Assembly: GCA_051313645.2 (NCBI GenBank)
Contig: JBNRSN020000003.1
Coordinates: 395,870,001-395,934,000, forward strand
Origin: Centroscyllium fabricii
Taxonomy: Eukaryota
Direction: 5' to 3'
Length of the DNA stretch: 64,000 nucleotides
Positions 59,626 through 64,000 of the stretch are shown here, piece by piece. The position numbers were made by a program, and so were the translations under genes. The notes under the pieces were generated by a model, which was given only the letters and a program-made list of their open reading frames with translations, was not told where the DNA came from and ran no database searches. Each line of letters starts with the position of its first letter. Position 1 is the first letter of the stretch.

Positions 59626-60020
59626 CAGTAAACTCTTTCATATCCGGCACCTACGGGACCGGGATGGTTCTGGTTGATTAAAAATTCCGGACAACGGAGA
59701 GGTATGCCTACCAAGGTACAAGAGCCCCATTACACGACCACTTGTGCAGGAGCCTTGGTTACACGGCCACTTGTGCAGGAGTCCCAGTTACATGGCCACA
59801 GGTACAGGGGACCCGTTTACACGGGCACAGTACAGGGGACCCGGTTACACAACCAGAGGTGCAGGAGCCATGGTAACATGGCAAAAGGTACGAGAACACC
59901 GGTTACACAGCCACACATATGCAGTAAAACTTACCTTTGGGTTCCTGAACCTACTCCTGAATTTTGCCGGTTATTCGAGGATTCCAGATAATTAGGTGCC
60001 GTTTAAATGAGAGTTTACTA
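59626..60020. mobile_element. Tigger/pogo-like MITE with ~28-bp internal repeats
   Basis: CAGTAAACTCT / AGAGTTTACT(A) ends, TA at the right flank, repeated ggttacacggccac..gtgcaggagcc. Confidence 0.65.
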
Positions 60021-60315
60021 TACATCTCGATACCATTATCAACATTAATTTTAGCAGGCTCTTTTTACCTTGGGTTTTGTCCTTCCTGCCCAAAGCAGTA
60101 CCATCTGTGAGTCTAGTTATTGAGTGTTGTCAAGATTTTTGACTATGGAGCGCAGCACTACCGAGCCTCATCTTGTCCTCACCTGATGTGCACACGATCA
60201 TTTGTAGCACCACAACTAGCTGCTCCAGCAGAGGACCGTTAACTGATCATAGACCAGGGGTCAAGCTTGGAGCTTCTGAATGGTACGGCTGAATGTTGCA
60301 CAATGTGGTGCATTT

Positions 60316-61515
60316 AGGAACAGGAGTAGGCCCTTCAGCCCCACAAACTTGTTCTGCCATTCAGTTAGATCATGGCTGATCGGTATCTTCATTCCATCCT
60401 TGGTTCCGTAACCCTTAATACAAGTCCGGCACCGTTAATCCGGAAACCATTAATCCGGAAACTTCAGTGGTCCGGCACAAATCCGTCTGGCCGGCCCACG
60501 TGATCCCAGGGACGCTCGCGATGCACGGACCTCTGGCCGACTGGTCTGCGCATGTGCAGCGGCCATTTTGGCTTGTCTACGCATGCGTGGTGGCCATTTT
60601 GAACACCGCAGTGTTGCTGCCATCATAGTGACTATTGACAACGCAGTCGCCCCGCAGTGTTGCTACCATCATAGTGACTTTTGACAACGCAGTCGCCCCG
60701 TAGTGTCGCTGCCATCACAGTGACTATTGACAACGCAGTCACCTTGCAGTGTCACTGCCGTCACATTGACTATTGACAACGCAGTCGCCCCCACAGTGTC
60801 GCTGCCATCCTAGTGACTATTGACAACGCAGTCACCCCCATTGTGTCGCTGCCATCACAGTGACCATTGACAACGCAGTCACCCTGCAGTGCCGCTGCCA
60901 TCACATTGACTTTTGACAACGCAGTCGCACCGTAGTGTCGCTGCAATCACACTGACTATTGACAATGCAGTCACACCACAGTGTCGCTGCCACCACAGTG
61001 ACTATTGACAACGCAGTCGCCCAGCATTTTGAGTGGTCTGCGCGTGCTGTGGCCACTTGCACTGGTCTGCGCGTGCGCTGTGGCCGCTTGCACTGGTCTG
61101 CACGTGCGCTGTGGCCATTTTGAATGGTTTGCACTGCGCTCGCCGAAACTTCAGTCTTTCGGATTTTTCACTAGTCTGGCCTGGTCCCGACGGTGCCGGA
61201 TTAACGGTGTTGGACCTGTACCATTAACTAACAAAAATCTAGCAATCTCAGTTTTGAAATTTTGAATTGACTTAGTCTCAACAGCTTTTTGGGAGAGAAT
61301 GTTCCAGATTTCAACTACCCTTTGTGTGAAGAAGTGGTTTCTGACATCACCCCTGAACAGCCTAGCTCTAATTTTAAGGTTATCCCCCTTGTTCTCGACT
61401 ATCCCACCAGAGGAAATAATTTGTCTCGATCAACCCTATCAATTCCTTTAATCATCTTAAACACCTCAATTAGATCATCCCTTAATATTTTATATTCAAG
61501 GGAATACAAGCCTTC
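60316..61515 (-). mobile_element. Degraded CR1 3' fragment interrupted by a TA-MITE
   Basis: CR1 tail at 60316-60420, resuming at 61221-61515. Confidence 0.8.
60421..61218. mobile_element. Tc1/mariner (pogo-like) MITE carrying a ~46-bp minisatellite
   Basis: TIR CA(A/G)GTCC..CACCGTTAATCCGG, TA on both sides; ~9 units of cagtgtcgctgccatcacagtgactattgacaacgcagtcgccc at 60609-61022. Confidence 0.88.
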
Positions 61516-61766
61516 GATTTAGACATCCAGCCGTAAGGTGAGCTAAATAAGATTGATTTTCAAGGATCCTAAATAGTTTCTGTCTGTTATTGGGCTAAAT
61601 CTGTATAATATTATCGAATGTTCCATTGGAAGGATTATGTTACCATTGGCAGTAAATTTGAATGTGGTTGATTGGAAAATTACATTCTTTTACCTTGATA
61701 TCAAATGCTCATTTATTTACCTCCAAAATGCCCAAAAGATCCTCCATAGCTTAGTTTCACATTAAT

Positions 61767-62627
61767 GGGCCAGAAATTCGGGTGCCTAGTACCACTTGCA
61801 CCCGCACGGAGGGGGGCCAATATGCCCCGTGCGATGATCGCACGGGGCATGCCCATGGATCGGAGCTTTCCGATGCTGAGGGAGAAGAGGCCTCAGCATG
61901 GAACGCACAAAATAATTGCACCCAAAAATCCCGATGTTTTTGGGTGTGATTCTGTGCGTTCATCTGTGGGCAAATGGGCTTGGAGCTGCACGGGAAAAAA
62001 GGAGTCGTAACCTGTGCGTTGGTGAGAGCAGTGCGTTCCTAAACAAGGTAATTGACTTTTTTACCTTTAATTTTAAGTTTTATCAATTTTTTGGAGTAAT
62101 GTGGCCAGATCGCTATCATTAAATTTAGCTTTTAAAGTTTTTTAAAAAAAATTAAAAATCCGAATTTCAATTGTTATACCTATTCCAAATCGCTTATTTT
62201 TAAATTTAAAGTTCTGAAATTTTTAACTATTTCCTTAATTTAAAAAACTAAGAGAAAATATCGCTAAGACTTACCGACATTGAAAAGCTGCTCTGGCCGC
62301 GGTGCTCACTGCCGAGTCTGTGGGTGCAGCAGTGGGCGTGGTCCTAATAACGGCCTCACGTCCCTGCTCTCTAAGAAGTCCGACTGTGAAGCAGGGGGCA
62401 TTTTTTATTTAATTTAGGGATCTGTGGGCGGGGCATCACTGCTACGCACGCAGGACGGCAGCGCATATACAGCGCTCCTAGCGTGGCTGGACAGCCACGC
62501 AGCCCAGGAACGGGGCGGAGCCAACAGGAAGTTCTGGCCATAAAAAATGTGCGATTCTGGTGCGGTGCTAAAGGTGTCCGCATGGTCCTTGCACCCGCAC
62601 AAACCAGCAGACTGGAATTTCTGGCCC
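61767..62627. mobile_element. MITE family A, copy A3
   Basis: TIR GGGCCAGAAATTC / GAATTTCTGGCCC; flanks aat/att. Confidence 0.88.
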
Positions 62628-62674
62628 ATTATGTGTGATTCAAAGTTTCTGCGTGTGTTAAGAATATGTAATAT

Positions 62675-63499
62675 AATATGCAATATAACGTGAATAAATG
62701 CGAGGTTATCCACTTCGGTGTCAAAAACAGAAAGGCAGACTATTATCTGAATGGCAATAGATTGGGAGAAGGGGAAGTGCAATGAGACCTGGGTGTACTT
62801 GTGCACCTGTCGCTGAAGGTAAGCATGCAGGTGCAGCAGGCGGTGAAGAAGGCAAATGGTATGTTGGCCTTCATAGCAAAATGGTTTGAGTACAGGAACA
62901 AGGATGTCCTTCTGCAGTTGTACAGGTACTTAGCGTGTCCACACCTTGAGTACTGTGTGCAGTTTTTGTCGCCTTATCTGAGGAAGGATGTTCTTGCCAT
63001 GGAAGGAGTTCAGCGAAGATTCACAAGGCTGATACCTGGGATGGCAGGAATGACCTATGAGGAGAGATTGATTCGATTGGGCTTATACTCGCTGGAGTTT
63101 AGAAGAATGAGAGGGGATCTCATCGAAACTTATAAAATTCTCACAGGTCTGGACAAACTGGATGGAGGAAAAATGTTTCCGATGACTGGGGAGTCCAAAA
63201 CCAGGGGTCACAGTCTAAGGATAAGAGGTAAGCCATTTAAGACAGAGATGAGGAAGAATTTCTTCACCCAGAGAGAGGTGAACCTGTGGAATTCTCTACC
63301 ACAGAATGTAGTTGAGGCCAATTAATTAAATATATTCAAGAAGGAGTTAGATATATTTCTTAAGGCTAAGGGTATCAAGGGATATGGGGAGAAAGCAGGG
63401 ACAGGGTACTGAGTTTAAATGATCAGCCATGATCTCATTGAATGGCGGAGCAGGCTCGAGGGGCTGAATGGCCTACTCCTGCTCCTATGTTTCTATGTT
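62675..63499 (+). mobile_element. CR1 3' fragment
   Basis: ORF 62801-63325 and a short 3'UTR with a ctatgttt tail. Confidence 0.93.
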
Positions 63500-64000
63500 A
63501 AATAAAATATTATTGCAAGAATGTGAATTTTTAGGAATGCTACTTTAAAACTAATGAAACACCTAAATAGATTTGGATCAATTTGTGTCATATTCAAAGA
63601 TAAATTATATGTGTCTCAGTTGATAAAGCAGCCCAAACTATGCCTGAATGCCAATCTAAGCATTCCAACACAAACACCATTTAATGGCCTGAGAACAAAA
63701 TTGATTTTTCACACAATCAGGTTGTCTGCCTTCTGTAGTTGTTTTATGGTGAGAATTTTGTGTTAAAACGTCTTTGGTAAGCACAACGGCTGACAATAGT
63801 TATTAACTGTAGACATTCTCTCAGTGTTCCAGTAACTCTTCAAAAGATGCCAGAGTTTGCCCAATTACTTCATGTCTGGCAATGTCTCTTACACAGGATC
63901 CACAATGTACAAGTACTGATCACGCTGAGTGCCTAAAATTCACACAGTGTGAGCTAAACCCAAGCTTTTGCCAGGTTTCTTTCTATTTGGATCCGAATTT

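Noticed and set aside
60609-61022. Regular ~46-bp repeats resembling a CRISPR array
   Set aside because: Units are contiguous with no unique spacers, there are no cas genes, and the context is a eukaryotic MITE; this is a minisatellite.

Overview
Repeat-dominated vertebrate genomic DNA, most likely from a cartilaginous fish (shark). This is inferred from HE1-type tRNA/V-domain SINEs with CR1 tails, Deu-type SINEs and several CR1 subfamilies. I found no host gene exon I can support. Contents: about 15 CR1 LINE copies (one near full length, with esterase ORF1 and an intact 953-aa ORF2); a full-length Rex1/Babar LINE with one nonsense codon; two complete Gypsy LTR retrotransposons with paired LTRs and 5-bp TSDs, plus one truncated relative; Penelope-like ends with minimal hammerhead ribozyme cores; three TA-flanked Tc1/mariner(pogo)-type MITEs filled with tandem repeats; and a large set of PIF/Harbinger elements (transposase and Myb/SANT remnants plus about 14 MITEs or MITE fragments with GG(G) termini, several with AAT/ATT TSDs). 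Most notable: (1) two divergent Gypsy elements have a primer-binding site that is not tRNA-complementary but pairs with their own LTR poly(A) signal, with a compensatory base change between them; (2) Harbinger MITEs are built as CpG-rich arms with inward-facing consensus splice donors and covarying internal palindromes. Coordinates were read by eye; TIR/LTR/TSD boundaries should be close to exact, while LINE/SINE fragment ends are approximate.
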